A stretch of DNA of 64,000 bases, from NCBI RefSeq assembly GCF_006345805.1, contig NC_042998.1:25606001-25670000 (forward strand), written 5' to 3'. Made by a program: the position numbers and the translations under genes. Below are positions 1 through 15,366 of the stretch, in pieces. Positions within the stretch are counted from its first letter, which is position 1. Every line of letters begins with the position of its first letter. The DNA is from Octopus sinensis. Taxonomy: Eukaryota. The notes under the pieces were generated by a model. It ran no database searches, was not told the origin of the DNA, and worked only from the letters and a program-made list of their open reading frames with translations.

Positions 1-83
1 TTGGGGCTTCCTTTAATGTTTGGGGTTTACTTATTCTTTTCAAGGCATATCCAAACCCCCTTTAATGCTTGTGGGAGTTTGGA

Positions 84-412
84 TGACAGGTAAAGTAGGC
101 CTCGACAGAAAATGAACTCAGAATGTAAAGGAGGACAAAATACCTATTTCTTTACTACCCACAAGGGGCTAAACACAGAGAGGACAAACAAGGACAGACA
201 AACGGATTAAGTCGATTATATCGACCCCACTGCTCAACTGGTACTTAATTTATTGACGCCGAAAGGATAAAAGGCAAAGTCGACCTTGACGGAATTTGAA
301 CTCAGAACGTAACAGCAGACGAAATACGGCTACGCATTTCGCCCAGCGTGCTACCGTTTCTGCCAGGACAAAATACCACTAAACATTTTCTCTAGCATAG
401 AAGCAATTCTGC
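84..412 (-). mobile_element. tRNA-derived SINE, family A (head ggcgagctggcagaa...gttctgagttcaaattcc)
   Basis: Reverse complement of the body seen at 40612-41027: aaaggcaaagtcgacc...gaatttgaactcagaacgtaac; long-tail variant with ggggctaaacacagagaggacaaacaagg. Confidence 0.85.
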
Positions 413-2037
413 CCACTCTCTGTCGATATAATAACAACAACAACAATAATAATAATTACTTTGTTTGCGAAGATTTATAAACAATGAAATCATCATCCTC
501 ATTATCATCATCATCATCACCATCGTTTAATGTCCTTTAAGCAAATAGAATAGAAATAGGTTATTAAATAAATTCCAAAGAAAGAATAATGAAAGATAGT
601 CGCATAGACAGTATCAAGAAACTCCTGGTTACCCTCGAATCAGGAAGAATTATTCTTCCTGTATCTTATTGCACACACAACTATCAAAGAATTTTGAATA
701 GATTTCTGTTATTTTCTTTCATTTTAGTAATACAGCAAAGCATATGTTTTAGAAAAGATTAATTCAATGTGTCAAAATAAAAGGTACAGTCTCAAGACAG
801 TATTATAAGTAGAAAAAAAAGAAATCAGTTTTAGAATATAGCATGAAACTATGCATTTAAACATTGATAGTAGATGTATGGAGTCAAACAAAAGTAGGGG
901 TTTTGTGCTGTAATTTAGCTGCTTCGAAATAGAAGATTTAGCTTACATATATGTATATAAAAAAAAAATTTCATCTGAAAATCTCAAGAGAAAATACTGT
1001 AAGAAACCATTATTGTCAATGTTTGGTTTCTCTTTGCTTATTCTTTTCTGTTTCTTTTTTTTTTTACTTTGGCAGAAACCAGATGTGTATTTCTGAATTT
1101 CTAATTCTGAAAATTCTATAAAGAATGTTTCAATGTATTTTTGAGAACACTCCACTTCAACATTTTTTTTCCATTTTTTGCCTCAATTTTTTTTTTTTTT
1201 TTTTTTGTGTCCTGGTTTAACAAAGTAAGTTGTTATTCCATCACATTTTATTAGAATATCTGTTAATCTTCTGTGCATGTAATGCCATTTGTTTCTGAAA
1301 CATAGTTATTTCTTTTCACCTAGATTCTACCTATTTTCGCTCCATCAACTATGTCATAAAAAACTACAATCGCTAGATCTCCGTGTTTGACAGCATCATC
1401 AAATACCATCTTATCTTACTATTCTGCTTTTAACAGTTTCAAGATATTTCTTCAAATCTACTTTGATATTACTCATATTCTTGATCTCAGTGCAATATGT
1501 TAGAAAGCTTCAACAGTTTTTTTGTTTTTTTTTGTTTTAAGACATTGCCCTTCATTTCTCATACCATTCTCTGAGAAATATTTCATACATTAATCACTTC
1601 ATTTAAGCATACTTGATTTGAAATATTTTTTGTCTCCCATTCAAAGGATAGACTCAACATGTATTGCCTTTGTAGTAAATGAGGGTGAATGTTTAAGAAT
1701 GATTATTGTTTGGAAAGACAAATATCCTATTGCTGCAATGAATTGACGTCAATCAATGTGATTTTCTAGATATTTATAATTGAAGCTAAGAGATACACTA
1801 CAGGTAAATCAACTTTGCAGCCGGAAATAATTTATATTGGTAACTGAGGACTGTATTCAAATATTTGTATCTATTTATTGTTGAACTCCATGTCAGCCCT
1901 TATTAAACAAACTTACAAAAGTATCTCTGCTATGGCCATCTTTTTGTGGCATCAAGAATGGAATATAGTCTCCTCACAATCAACACGACACAACAAACCC
2001 CTAGAGTCTTACATTGTCACTGTTTGAATATGAATAC

Positions 2038-2244
2038 ATACTTTTTATTCTATTCTACTCTGGGCACAAGGCCCGAAATTTTGGTGGAGGGGGCCTGTCG
2101 ATCATTTATCAACCCTGAAAGGATGAAAGACTAAAGTTGACCTTGACAGAATTTGAACTCAAAATGTAACAACAGATGAAATACTGCTAAGCATTTTGTC
2201 CAGCATGCTAACAATTCAGCCAGCTCACCATTTTACTTGCCACC
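2038..2244 (-). mobile_element. SINE family A, decayed copy
   Basis: tactctgggcacaaggcccgaaattt...gaatttgaactcaaaatgtaac...cagctcacc; further copies at about 2958-3234. Confidence 0.8.
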
Positions 2245-2396
2245 TTAATAATAATAATAATAATGATAAAAAATAACATTAATGATAATAACAAAAATTA
2301 AAGAAGGCAAACAATTATTTTATTACTCACTTCTCCATTTTTGGAATCGTTCTGTATACCAAGGGACTGTGCTTCCACTTCTTTTTTGATTATATA

Positions 2397-2800
2397 CAGG
2401 CGCAGGAGTGGCTGTGTGGTAAGTAGCTTGTCTACCAACCACATAGTTGCGGGTTCAGTCCCATTGCGTGGCACCTTGGGCAAGTGTCTTCTACTATAGC
2501 CTCGGGCTGACCAAAGCCTTGTGAGTGGATTTGGTAGACGGAAACTGAAAGAAGCCCGTCGTATATATGTATATATATGTATGCGAGTGTGTATTTGTGT
2601 GTCTGTATTTGTCCCCTAACATTGCTTGACAACCGATGCTGGTGTGCTTATGTCCCCGTTACTTAGCGGTTCGGCAAAAGAGACCAATAGAATAAGTACT
2701 GGGCTTACAAAAGAATAAGTCCCGGGGTCGAGTTGCTCGACTAAAGGCGGTGCTCCAGCATGGCCGCAGTCAAATGACTGAAACAAGTAAAAGAAAGAAA
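2397..2800 (+). mobile_element. SINE family B (tRNA-like head plus CORE-like ccttgggcaagtg motif), full length
   Basis: caggcgcaggagtggctgtgtggtaag...ggttcagtcccattgcgtggcaccttgggcaagtgtc...ggccgcagtcaaatgactgaaacaagtaaaag; more than 10 copies in window. Confidence 0.85.
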
Positions 2801-3454
2801 AGAAAAGAAATTGTCCCTTTGGTATTCTTTTGATTTCCAAATCAAACTGATTTGATTTTTTTATAAGGGATTTTAACCAAGATATAGAATCAACAGTGAC
2901 TTTGTTCAAGCAGAGAAGTTCATCTCCAACATGTAGAATATGGTAAAGATTAGGGCATTCTTGACAGACAAAATACTGCCATGGATTTCGCCCAGCTTGC
3001 TAACGATTCTGCCAGCTTGCTGCCTTACTATAATCATTTCTACTCTAGGCAAAAGGCCTGAAATTTTGGGGGAAGGGGCCAGTCAATGAGATCGACCCCA
3101 GTATGCAACTGGTACTTAATTTTTCAACCCCCAAAAGGATGAAAGGCAAAGTTGACCTTGGCGGAATTTGAACTCAGAATCTAAAGACAGACAAAATGCC
3201 TGGCGTGCTAACGTTTCTGCCAGCTCGCCACCTTAATGCATACATTTCATTGAAACCAAAGCTGGGAGATTGTTTTATGACTTGTGTTTCACACCATTGG
3301 GATCTTCATGTGAAACATCTTCTTCCCAAAAGAGTTTAGTAACATCTTCAAAATAGATTTCATAACATTTTTTAAAAAAATAATTTAAGAGAAAGAAAAT
3401 CCCCTGTACACTTCAAAAACTGTTTTAAGTAATTTTCATTGACTTTCAAATATA

Positions 3455-3731
3455 TATTCTTTTATTCTTTTTCTTGCTTCAGTCACGTGACCATGGCCAT
3501 GGTGGAGCACCGTCTTTAGTCGAAAAAATCGACACCAGGACTTATTCTCTGTAAGCCTAGTACTTATTCTGTTGGTATCTTTTGCTGAACTGCTAAGTTA
3601 CGGGGAGGTAAACACACCAAAATCAATTGTCAAGTGATGGTGGTGGTGGTGGTGGGACAAACACAGACACACTAATACATACATATACATATATATATCT
3701 ATATCTATCTATCTATATCTATCTATCTATC

Positions 3732-3776
<45 letters not shown>

Positions 3777-3797
3777 ATGTATATGTATATTTATATA

Positions 3798-3858
<61 letters not shown>

Positions 3859-4045
3859 TATATATATATACATACATATACATATGCACACATATATATA
3901 TATATATTATATATATATATATATATATACATACATATACATATATATATATATATACAACAGGCTTCTTTCAGTTTCTGTCTACCAGATCCACTCACAA
4001 GGCTTTTGTCAGTGCAAGGCTATAGTAGAAAGCACCTGCTGAAGG
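3455..4045 (-). mobile_element. SINE family B with expanded internal (TA)n
   Basis: ttcagtcacgtgaccatggccatggtggagcacc...; (TA)n at 3676-3956; ...ccactcacaaggcttttg. Confidence 0.8.
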
Positions 4046-4374
4046 TGCACCTATTTCAATAAAAATATGAAGGTTAATCTAATTATTATGCATAAGATAC
4101 AAAAATATCTTATTATTATTTTATGTTTTTGTACATTATGTAGGCATAATTCGCAACTGCCTTTCAATCTCGGTATTAAGGCTACACATAGGACTGCTGT
4201 AGTACATGTGCTGCGTACATTCCTACAACATCGTTTTCTTTACATGTTATAAAGGCAGAAGTCAATCTGCCTTCAACTCAGTCGTGCACCTGTGTTTCAC
4301 TTATTTTTTGTGTTTTACTACATAAAGGTTACCAACTGCCTACCCTGAGTAATTACTGATAGCACATGCCTGAC

Positions 4375-4760
4375 ACACATACATACCTACATACATACAT
4401 ACATACATACATACATACATAAATACATACATACATACATACATACATGCATACATTACATACATAATACCTACATACATGCATACATACACACATACAT
4501 ATGTAATATATGTATGCATACATACATACATACACACACACACACATACATACATACATACATACATACATACATACATACATTACATACATACATAATA
4601 CCTACATACATGCATACATACACACATACATACGTAATACATGAATGCATACACACATACATACATACATACATACACACACACACATACATACATACAT
4701 ACATACATACACACATATATGCATACATACATACATACATACATACATACATACATACAT
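4375..4760. repeat. (CATA)n/(CA)n compound microsatellite
   Basis: Directly visible; source of the MYVC/HTYI ORFs. Confidence 0.95.
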
Positions 4761-4789
4761 AGAGAGATAGATCGATAGATACATGATAA

Positions 4790-5000
4790 GCACTTCACAG
4801 ATGCATGGACCTCCAACGTAGTTCCCAGAGAGATTCAGCATCACACAGTATGTAACAAGGGCTGGCCCTTTGAAATACAGGTACAACACATTTTCACCTG
4901 TTGAGTGGACTGAAGTAATGTGAAACAAAGTGTCTTACTCAAGGGTACGAGGTGCTACCAGTTCTGAAACTCCTGATCTTATAATCATAAGCTGGATACC
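4790..5000 (-). mobile_element. SINE family C, 3' part
   Basis: aacgtagttcccagagagattcagc...gctggccctttgaaatacaggtac matches the reverse complement of 51840-51910. Confidence 0.65.
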
Positions 5001-5374
5001 CCAACCACTAAGCCGCACAAATTCGCAGGCAAGGCAGAGAATGGTGCACAACCCACATTTGGCAAAAGTTGCAGATTAAGTACCTGTAAACGACCGTGCG
5101 AAGGAGAGGTGACGAGAATGGCTCCTTTAGTACACCACCCGGTCGATACAATAAACATAAAAGGATAAATGTGTATAAGTGCCAGAAGGAAAAGAGAGAC
5201 ACAACCGGGTAAAATGTTTAAGGGCGGCCGAAGGCTAGCTGTTATCTACTACGTCCATAGAGAGGAATTTCCCTAAGCGTATGCTACATACCCATAGCTA
5301 AAAGTAATGGAGAGAAAAGGATGAAGCTTTTGCCAAACACTGGGAGAATGGTGATGGATTTGATTGATAATAAT

Positions 5375-5708
5375 TCTTTTATTCTTTTACTTTTTTCAGT
5401 CATTTTGACTGCAGCCATGCTGGAGCACCACCTTTAGTCAAACAAATTGGCCCCAGGACTTATTCTTTGTAAGCTGAGTACTTATCCAATTGGTCACTTT
5501 TACCGAACCGCTAAGTTACAGGGATGTAAACACACCAGCATCAGTTGTCAAGCAATGGTGAGGGGGCCAAACACAGATACACAAATACATGGGCTTTGAA
5601 TGGTGTGAGGCTGTAGTAGAAGACACTTGCCCAAGGTGCCACGCAGTGAGACTGAACCCAGAACCATGTGGTTGAGAAGCAAGTTTCTTACCGCACAGCC
5701 ACTCATGC
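5375..5708 (-). mobile_element. SINE family B
   Basis: tcagtcattttgactgcagccatgctggagcacc...cacttgcccaaggtgccacgcagtgagactgaacc...cacagccactc. Confidence 0.85.
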
Positions 5709-7189
5709 AACTATAATGATGAATTTTATTTTTAGATTCAATTAAATACAGTTATAATTACTTTTGTATTATTCACTTACTGTTGAGCAATCACTAGGAT
5801 CACAGCTGGATATTAATAAATTTCCACATGTATATCCATTAAAAGAATATACAAGGTAACATAGGCTAGCCAATAACTGCAGAGGAGCTTTGAAAGCCGT
5901 ATTATAATGTTGATATTAAAATATATTTATATATAATATATTACATATGCAGATAACTGCTGCTGGATTTAATGTTAATTTGTTTCTTATGTTGTTGTAT
6001 TTGACGTCACACAGACACACAGACAGACACACACACACACACACATACATACACATTAGGCTGTCTGATATCTAGAATTATGTTTAATACAATATATAAC
6101 AATGTATATAATTATAAACAAGTAACCTGATAACAAATATTCAACATAGTGATAACAGGAGGTACTTGTCTATATATATATATACATGAGTGTGTGTGTG
6201 TGTGTGTGAATGTATAAATAAGCACACACACACATAAATCATTACTACAACTATAATGATTAATAAAAATTTCTATATACAAAATATATATATGTATGTA
6301 TGTATAATGTTTGTGTGCTTCTCAATAGTTTCATGTATATAAAAGAAAAGGTAAAGGAACATACAGCTAAACAGAGTGTCAGTTAGTCAGTCAGTCAGCC
6401 AGTCTGTCAGCCAGTCAGGTAGCTAGGCAGATAGATAAACATACTGTTAGGTAGATAGTAAAGATACATTTAAAGTCAATTTTTGTTCATGCTAAAAGTT
6501 ATAAGTATGCAGATATTCTCTGCTCTTATATATTTTGTATTTGTATTTACACTTTATTCCATCTGACAATCATGCACATATTTTGCTTTCATTTGCCTTC
6601 TAGGTCAATGCATAAATCTTTTTCGTTGCCTTCCCCCCACTTACAGGGAAAACTGTCTTTCTTAAGAAATATTATGCTATGGAAACAGGAAATTGCCAGG
6701 TTTCTCTATTTTATACAGAAGTGGCTATTTCCATATTTCTGCTTGAAGTCAAGTGCTTCTTTTATTTTGAAAGAGATTCATAATCAATTCAGAACAATAT
6801 AGTAGTGACAGAATGTGAAGCAATTCCATTCCATTACTTTCATCATATCTACTTTTGCTGGGATATAATATCAATAAAGTAATTCTTCTCTTCTGCCCTG
6901 TCTGTCCTACTTTTATTTCATATGATTTGCATATTTAATATTTCTATTATGCGCTTTGATTTACTTCTTGCAACTTACTCAAGGTACCAACATATATATA
7001 TATATATAGATGTGTATCCCAAAAAAAACAAAGAACAAATGCAAGAAAAAACAACAATGCAAGGACGTGGTACATGCAAAGTATTAGCAGATGATATATA
7101 TATATATATATATCTGTAATATATATCTGTAATATATGTGACAATTATTCGGTTACTATATGTATGTATATGTATATATATGTATGTAT

Positions 7190-7243
<54 letters not shown>

Positions 7244-7395
7244 CACACATGCACACACACACACATATATAATAAAATTAGACTGATTAATTTCAAACAG
7301 CTGGTGACAAGACAAATTCATTGTACAATTATAAAATTATAAATTGTAAAATAACACATACAGACCATGCTACATATTAATCATCATCATCATCA

Positions 7396-7430
<35 letters not shown>

Positions 7431-7521
7431 GTTATTATTATCATCATAATTGTTATCATCATTATTAACATTATTATTATTATTATTATTATTATCATCA
7501 TCATCATCATTATTATTATTA

Positions 7522-7553
<32 letters not shown>

Positions 7554-7554
7554 G

Positions 7555-8172
7555 AAGGTGGTGAGCTGGCAGAATTGTTAGCGTGCCAGGCAAAGTGCTT
7601 AGCAGTGTTCCATCTATCTTTAGGTTCTGAGTTCAAATTCCACCAAGGTTGACTTTGCCTTTTATCCTTTCAGGGTCGATAAAATTAGTACCAATCACGC
7701 ACAAGGGTCGATGTAATCAACTTAACCCCTTCCTCCAATTTTGAGGCCTTGTGCTCCCAATAGAAAGGATTATCATTATTATTATTATCATTATTATTAT
7801 TATTATTAGTAGTAGTAGTAGTAGTAGTAGTAGTAAGGCAGTGAGCTGGCAGGAACATAAGCATGCCGGGGAAAATGCTTAGTGGTATTTCGTTCATCTT
7901 TATGTTCTGAGTTCAAATTCCGCCAAAGTTCACTTTGCCTTTCATCTTTTCGGGGTCAATAAATTAAGTACCAGCTGCACACTGAGATCAATTTAATCAA
8001 CTGGCCCCTCCTCCAAAATTTCAAACCTTGTGCCTAGAGTAGAAAAGATCATTATTATTATTAAATTAAGTACCAGTTACACACTGGGGTCGATGTAATC
8101 GACTTAATCCCTTTGTCTGTCCTTGGTTGTTCCCTCTATGTTTAGCCCCTTGTGGGCAATAAAGAATAAGAA
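7555..8172 (+). mobile_element. Cluster of SINE family A copies separated by (ATT)n/(AGT)n
   Basis: Heads at 7555 and 7836, partial tail at 8062-8172; repeated at 10980-11595. Confidence 0.85.
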
Positions 8173-8202
8173 AATATTATTATTATTATTATTATAATAT
8201 TA

Positions 8203-8296
<94 letters not shown>

Positions 8297-8334
8297 CATT
8301 ATTATTAATATTATCATTATTATTATTATTAATA

Positions 8335-8888
8335 TTGAGTGAGAGAGCAGTTCATGCCATCAAAGTGACACTGGGGTAAAATATACGAAGCCCAATATAC
8401 CCATCATGACTACCCGTCTGATAAAGGTACACCAGGCACATGCATCACAACCATATGTGCACGACATGGTGATCTCATATCAAGATAAACAGCACATGAC
8501 CTTGCAGGTGGGGCCCAGTTAGAATTTTCTTCATTTTGAGTAGCCCATCCTGCTCAAACGGTCCCTGAATAAGGGTTGTTTAAGGATGTTGAAAGAACCA
8601 CCCATGTTTCCAGAGGTGAACTATTCAAACCCCAAAGAATCCCTCTCAACACATGGCTATGATGCTCCCCCACTACTTCTGCTCGTGATCAGAGATGCAC
8701 ATATCGTCAGCCACTAAGGGACATGCTCAACTGGTTAAGGTCAAACAACTGACAAGCAATCTGTGGTATTGAGCAGAATATTTGCTGTAGCCATCTTTTA
8801 TACCAAGACAAAACAATGTACATGATAACACTTCCAATCAGTTAAGATCAGAAGCCATGAGAGCCACTGCCTGGTACTGCATCAGGGC

Positions 8889-8892
<4 letters not shown>
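8335..8892 (-). mobile_element. 558-bp non-coding interspersed element embedded in (ATT)n, copy 1 (type A)
   Basis: Sharp ends ttgagtgagagagcag...gtactgcatcagggcatt, with (ATT)n on both sides; no TIR and no ORF. Strand inferred from the (AAT)n tail. Confidence 0.75.
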
Positions 8893-8923
<31 letters not shown>

Positions 8924-8963
8924 TATCATTATTATTATTATTATTATTTTATTATTATTATTA

Positions 8964-9663
<700 letters not shown>

Positions 9664-9674
9664 TATTATTATTA

Positions 9675-9712
<38 letters not shown>

Positions 9713-10570
9713 GGCAGCGAGCTGGCAAAAACATTAGCATCCCGGACAAAACGCTTAGTGGTATTTCGTTTGTCTTTACATTCTGAGTTCAAATTCTACC
9801 AAGGCTGACTTTGCCTTTCATCCTTTCGGGGTCAATAAATTAAGCACCAGCTGCACACTGAGGTCAATTTAATCAACTGGCCCCCTCCCCCAAAATTTCG
9901 GGCCTCGTGCCTAGCATAGAAAAGATTATTATTATTACTATTATTATTATTTATTATTATTATTATTATTATATATATTATTATTATTATTATTGTTGTT
10001 GTTGTTGTTATTATTATTATAAATCAATTTCAGCTTGAAGTGTTCAGATAGCCACATCTCTTGTTGCATTAAATAGAAGGATTAATTTACTGTTCTGTGA
10101 AAACTAAACTTAGTAATGCATTCTAACAGAGGTGTATAATGTGTGTTTATAGTGCTATTAAAGCCAAAGAAGTCAAAGTAGCTACTGGTAGTGTTGCATT
10201 AGTTAGATGAAACTAAAAGCTGCTTGTGAGAAAGATTTAGCATAATTTCACCTCCAAGACTAATTTAGCTCAAAATGACTTACCAATTAACATAACTAGG
10301 TTTCAGACAGCCAGGTTCTTCATTTTTAATGAGTTGAATGGATAAAGATACAATGCGGTTTTAATTCTCTTTAACACATACTCAAACACGTAAACATGGG
10401 GCAGGTGTGTGTTTTAATTTGATAAAGAAAAATAACTGTACAGCTTATTGGGTTGCTTCTAAATTCTTTTATCATACCAAACTGACAAATACGGGACAAA
10501 TTGGGTCAATGAAATTGACTTGCTGCCACCCCTCTGAACTGATGGCCTTGTGCCAAAATTAGAAAGAATT

Positions 10571-10605
<35 letters not shown>

Positions 10606-10662
10606 CATTATTATTATTATTATTATTATTATCATTATTATCATCATCCCCATCATCATCAA

Positions 10663-10702
<40 letters not shown>

Positions 10703-11624
10703 GTTGTTGTTGTTGTTGTTGTTATTGCTATTTTTATTATTATTGTTGTTGTTGTTATTATTATTTTATTATATTATTATTATTGTTGTTGTTGTTATTA
10801 TTATTTTTATTATATTATTATTATTATATTATTATTATTATTATCATCATAATTGTTATCATCATTATTAACATTATTATTATTATTATTTTATTATTAT
10901 TATTATCATTATCATTATTATTATTATTATCATCATCATCATTATTATTATTATTATTATTATATTATTATTATTATATGAAGGTGGTGAGCTGGCAGAA
11001 TTGTTAGCGTGCCAGGCAAAGTGCTTAGCAGTGTTCCATCTATCTTTAGGTTCTGAGTTCAAATTCCACCAAGGTTGACTTTGCCTTTTATCCTTTCAGG
11101 GTCGATAAAATTAGTACCAATCACGCACAAGGGTCGATGTAATCAACTTAACCCCTTCCTCCAATTTTGAGGCCTTGTGCTCCCAATAGAAAGGATTATC
11201 ATTATTATTATTATCATTATTATTATTATTATTAGTAGTAGTAGTAGTAGTAGTAAGGCAGTGAGCTGGCAGGAGCATAAGCATGCCGGGGAAAATGCTT
11301 AGTGGTATTTCGTTCATCTTTATGTTCTGAGTTCAAATTCCGCCAAAGTTCACTTTGCCTTTCATCTTTTCGGGGTCAATAAATTAAGTACCAGCTGCAC
11401 ACTGAGATCAATTTAATCAACTGGCCCCTCCTCCAAAATTTCAAACCTTGTGCCTAGAGTAGAAAAGATCATTATTATTATTAAATTAAGTACCAGTTAC
11501 ACACTGGGGTCGATGTAATCGACTTAATCCCTTTGTCTGTCCTTGGTTGTTCCCTCTATGTTTAGCCCCTTGTGGGCAATAAAGAAATAAGAAAATATTA
11601 TTATTATTATTATTATTAATATTA

Positions 11625-11680
<56 letters not shown>

Positions 11681-11771
11681 TTTATTATATTATTATTATT
11701 ATTATTATATTATTATTATTATTATCATTATTATTAATATTATCATTATTATTATTATATTATTATTATTA

Positions 11772-12329
11772 TTGAGTGAGAGAGCAGTTCATGCCATCAA
11801 GTGACACTGGGGTAAAATATACGAAGCCCAATATACCCATCATGACTACCCGTCTGATAAAGGTACACCAGGCACATGCATCACAACCATATGTGCACGA
11901 CATGGTGATCTCATATCAAGATAAACAGCACATGACCTTGCAGGTGGGGCCCAGTTAGAATTTTCTTCATTTTGAGTAGCCCATCCTGCTCAAACGGTCC
12001 CTGAATAAGGGTTGTTTAAGGATGTTGAAAGAACCACCCATGTTTCCAGAGGTGAACTATTCAAACCCCAAAGAATCCCTCTCAACACATGGCTATGATG
12101 CTCCCCCACTACTTCTGCTCGTGATCAGAGATGCACATATCGTCAGCCACTAAGGGACATGCTCAACTGGTTAGGTCAAACAACTGACAAGCAAATCTGT
12201 GGTATTGAGCAGAATATTTGCTGTAGCCCATCTTTTATACCAAGACAAAACAATGTACATGATAACACTTCCAATCAGTTAAGATCAGAAGCCATGAGAG
12301 CCACTGCCTGGTACTGCATCAGGGCATTT
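11772..12329 (-). mobile_element. 558-bp (ATT)n-embedded element, copy 3 (type A)
   Basis: Carries the type-A variants gcagttcatg, cattttgag, caaacggtc. Confidence 0.75.
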
Positions 12330-12399
12330 ATTATTATTATTATTATTATTATTAATATTATCATTATTATTATTATTATATTATTATTTATTATTATTA

Positions 12400-12959
12400 T
12401 TGAGTGAGAGAGCAGTGCATGCCATCAAAGTGACACTAGGGTAAAATATACGAAGCCCAATATACCCATCATGACTACCCGTCTGATAAAGGTACACCAG
12501 GCACATGCATCACAACCATATGTGCGCGACATGGTGATCTCATATCAAGATAAACAGCACATGACCTTGCAGGTGGGGCCCAGTTAGAAATTTCTTCAGG
12601 TTGAGTAGCCCATCCCGCTCAAAAGGTCCCTGAATAAGGGTTGTTTAAGGATGTTGAAAGAACCACCCATGTTTCCAGAGGTGAACTATTCAAACCCCAA
12701 AGAATCCCTCTCAACACATGGCTATGATGCTCCCCCACTACTTCTGCTCGTGATCAGAGATGCACATATCGTCAGCCACTAATGGACATGCTCAACTGGT
12801 TACGGTCAAACAACTGACAAGCAAATCTGTGGTACTGAGCAGAATATTTGCTGTAGCCCATCTTTTATACCAAGACAAAACAATGTACATGATAACACTT
12901 CCAATCAGTTAAGATCAGAAGCCATGAGAGCCACTGCCTGGTACTGCATCAGGGCATTT
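12400..12959 (-). mobile_element. 558-bp (ATT)n-embedded element, copy 4 (type B)
   Basis: Carries the type-B variants. Confidence 0.75.
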
Positions 12960-13019
<60 letters not shown>

Positions 13020-13024
13020 TATTA

Positions 13025-13064
<40 letters not shown>

Positions 13065-13083
13065 TATTATATTATTATTATTA

Positions 13084-13124
<41 letters not shown>

Positions 13125-13143
13125 TTATATTATTATATTATTA

Positions 13144-13240
<97 letters not shown>

Positions 13241-13583
13241 CTATTATTATTATTATTATTATTATTTTTATTATATTATTATTATTATTATTATTATTTA
13301 TTATTATTATTTATTATTATTATATTATTATTATTACTATATTATTATTATTATTAAGGCAGCGAGCTGGCAAAAACATTAGCATCCCGGACAAAACGCT
13401 TAGTGGTATTTCGTTTGTCTTTACATTCTGAGTTCAAATTCTACCAAGGCTGACTTTGCCTTTCATCCTTTCGGGGTCAATAAATTAAGCACCAGCTGCA
13501 CACTGAGGTCAATTTAATCAACTGGCCCCCTCCCCCAAAATTTCGGGCCTCGTGCCTAGCATAGAAAAGATTATTATTATTAC

Positions 13584-13641
<58 letters not shown>

Positions 13642-14218
13642 GTTGTTGTTGTTGTTATTATTATTATAAATCAATTTCAGCTTGAAGTGTTCAGATAGCC
13701 ACATCTCTTGTTGCATTAAATAGAAGGATTAATTTACTGTTCTGTGAAAACTAAACTTAGTAATGCATTCTAACAGAGGTGTATAATGTGTGTTTATAGT
13801 GCTATTAAAGCCAAAGAAGTCAAAGTAGCTACTGGTAGCGTTGCATTAGTTAGATAAAACTAAAAGCTGCTTGTGAGAAAGATTTAGCATAATTTCACCT
13901 CCAAGACTAATTTAGCTCAAAATGACTTACCAATTAACATAACTAGGTTTCAGACAGCCAGGTTCTTCATTTCTAATGAGTTGAATGGATAAAGATACAA
14001 TGCGGTTTTAATTCTCTTTAACACATACTCAAACACGTAAACACGGGGCAGGTGTGTGTTTTAATTTGATAAAGAAAAATAACTGTACAGCTTATTGGGT
14101 TGCTTCTAAATTCTTTTATCATACCAAACTGACAAATACGGGACAAATTGGGTCAATGAAATTGACTTGCTGCCACCCCTCTGAACTTGATGGCCTTGTG
14201 CCAAAATTAGAAAGAATT

Positions 14219-14253
<35 letters not shown>

Positions 14254-14310
14254 CATTATTATTATTATTATTATTATTATCATTATTATCATCATCCCCA
14301 TCATCATCAA

Positions 14311-14347
<37 letters not shown>

Positions 14348-14456
14348 GTTGTTGTTGTTGTTGTTGTTATTGCTATTTTTATTATTATTGTTGTTGTTGT
14401 TATTATTATTATTATTTATTATTATTATTGTTGTTGTTGTTATTATTATTTTATTA

Positions 14457-14496
<40 letters not shown>

Positions 14497-14534
14497 GTTT
14501 TTATGATTTTTATTATTATCATTATTATTATCTA

Positions 14535-14752
14535 AGGTGAGAACTGCCAGCATGCTGGACAAAGTGCTAAGTGGTATTTCGCCCATCACTACATTGTGAG
14601 TTCAAATTCCACTGGGGGTCGACTTTGCCTTTCATCCTTTCAGGGTTGATAAATTAAGTACCAGTGAAACACTGGGGTTGATGTAATCGGCTTATCCCCT
14701 CCCTCAAAATGGCTGCCTTTGTAGCAAAATTGGAAACCATTATTATTATTGC

Positions 14753-14783
<31 letters not shown>

Positions 14784-15110
14784 GTTATCATTATCATTAT
14801 TCTTAAGACAACAAGCTGGCAGAATTATTGCATGCTGGGCAAAATGCTTAGCAGCATTTCTTCTGACTTTATGTTGCTGGGGTCCACTTTGCCCTTCATC
14901 TTTTTGAGATCAAAAAAATAAGTAGCAGATGAATACTGGGGTCGATGTAATCAACTTACCCCCCCTTAAATTGCTGGCCTTGTGCCAAAATTTGAAACCA
15001 ATATTATTGTAATTGTCATTATTAAAGCTAGTGCTTGGCAGTATTTCATCTGAGATCTAATTCCACCTAGGTCGACTTTGCCTTTCATCCTTTTGGGGTC
15101 AATAAAATGT
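14535..15110 (+). mobile_element. Three decayed SINE family A copies
   Basis: Heads and bodies at about 14535, 14805 and 15040 (gtcgactttgcctttcatcc). Confidence 0.75.
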
Positions 15111-15251
15111 AGATGTTTTCGATCTAGTTTGGATTCTTTGCCATCAAATTTGAATTCTTCAATTGGTGCTCATGCCTTGAAAAAAAAAAAGAGTTAAACT
15201 ACATCAGCCGTAAGAGAATACAAGTCTATCTTATCTAACTCGTCCAGTAGA

Positions 15252-15366
15252 GCCCACCAATTGATATCTGAAAAGTTCGATGAAATAACTCATGAACACT
15301 GCGATAGCTTCTACCAAAAGATGCTCCGTTACATCGACCGGTCTGAACAAGGGGAGATAATAGAAA
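15252..15366 (+). pseudogene. Possible C-terminal remnant of an IS630/Tc1-type transposase
   Basis: AHQLISEKFDEITHEHCDSFYQKMLRYIDRSEQGEIIE resembles the Tc1/IS630 DDE C-terminal helix pattern (I-x-x-E-x-C...RY...R...E-x-I). No ATG, no TIR; followed by a (GGT)n repeat. Pattern recognition only. Confidence 0.4.

Noticed and set aside
641-661. Palindrome caggaagaat-t-attcttcctg
   Set aside because: A single 10-bp stem with no associated element ends; not distinguishable from chance or a tiny relic.
940-2030. Decayed coding-like stretch on the minus strand (possible old LINE or hAT relic)
   Set aside because: Many stops and no diagnostic motif that I could name.
5005-5330. GC-richer island, possibly a retroelement end
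   Set aside because: No motif sufficient to classify it; left unannotated.
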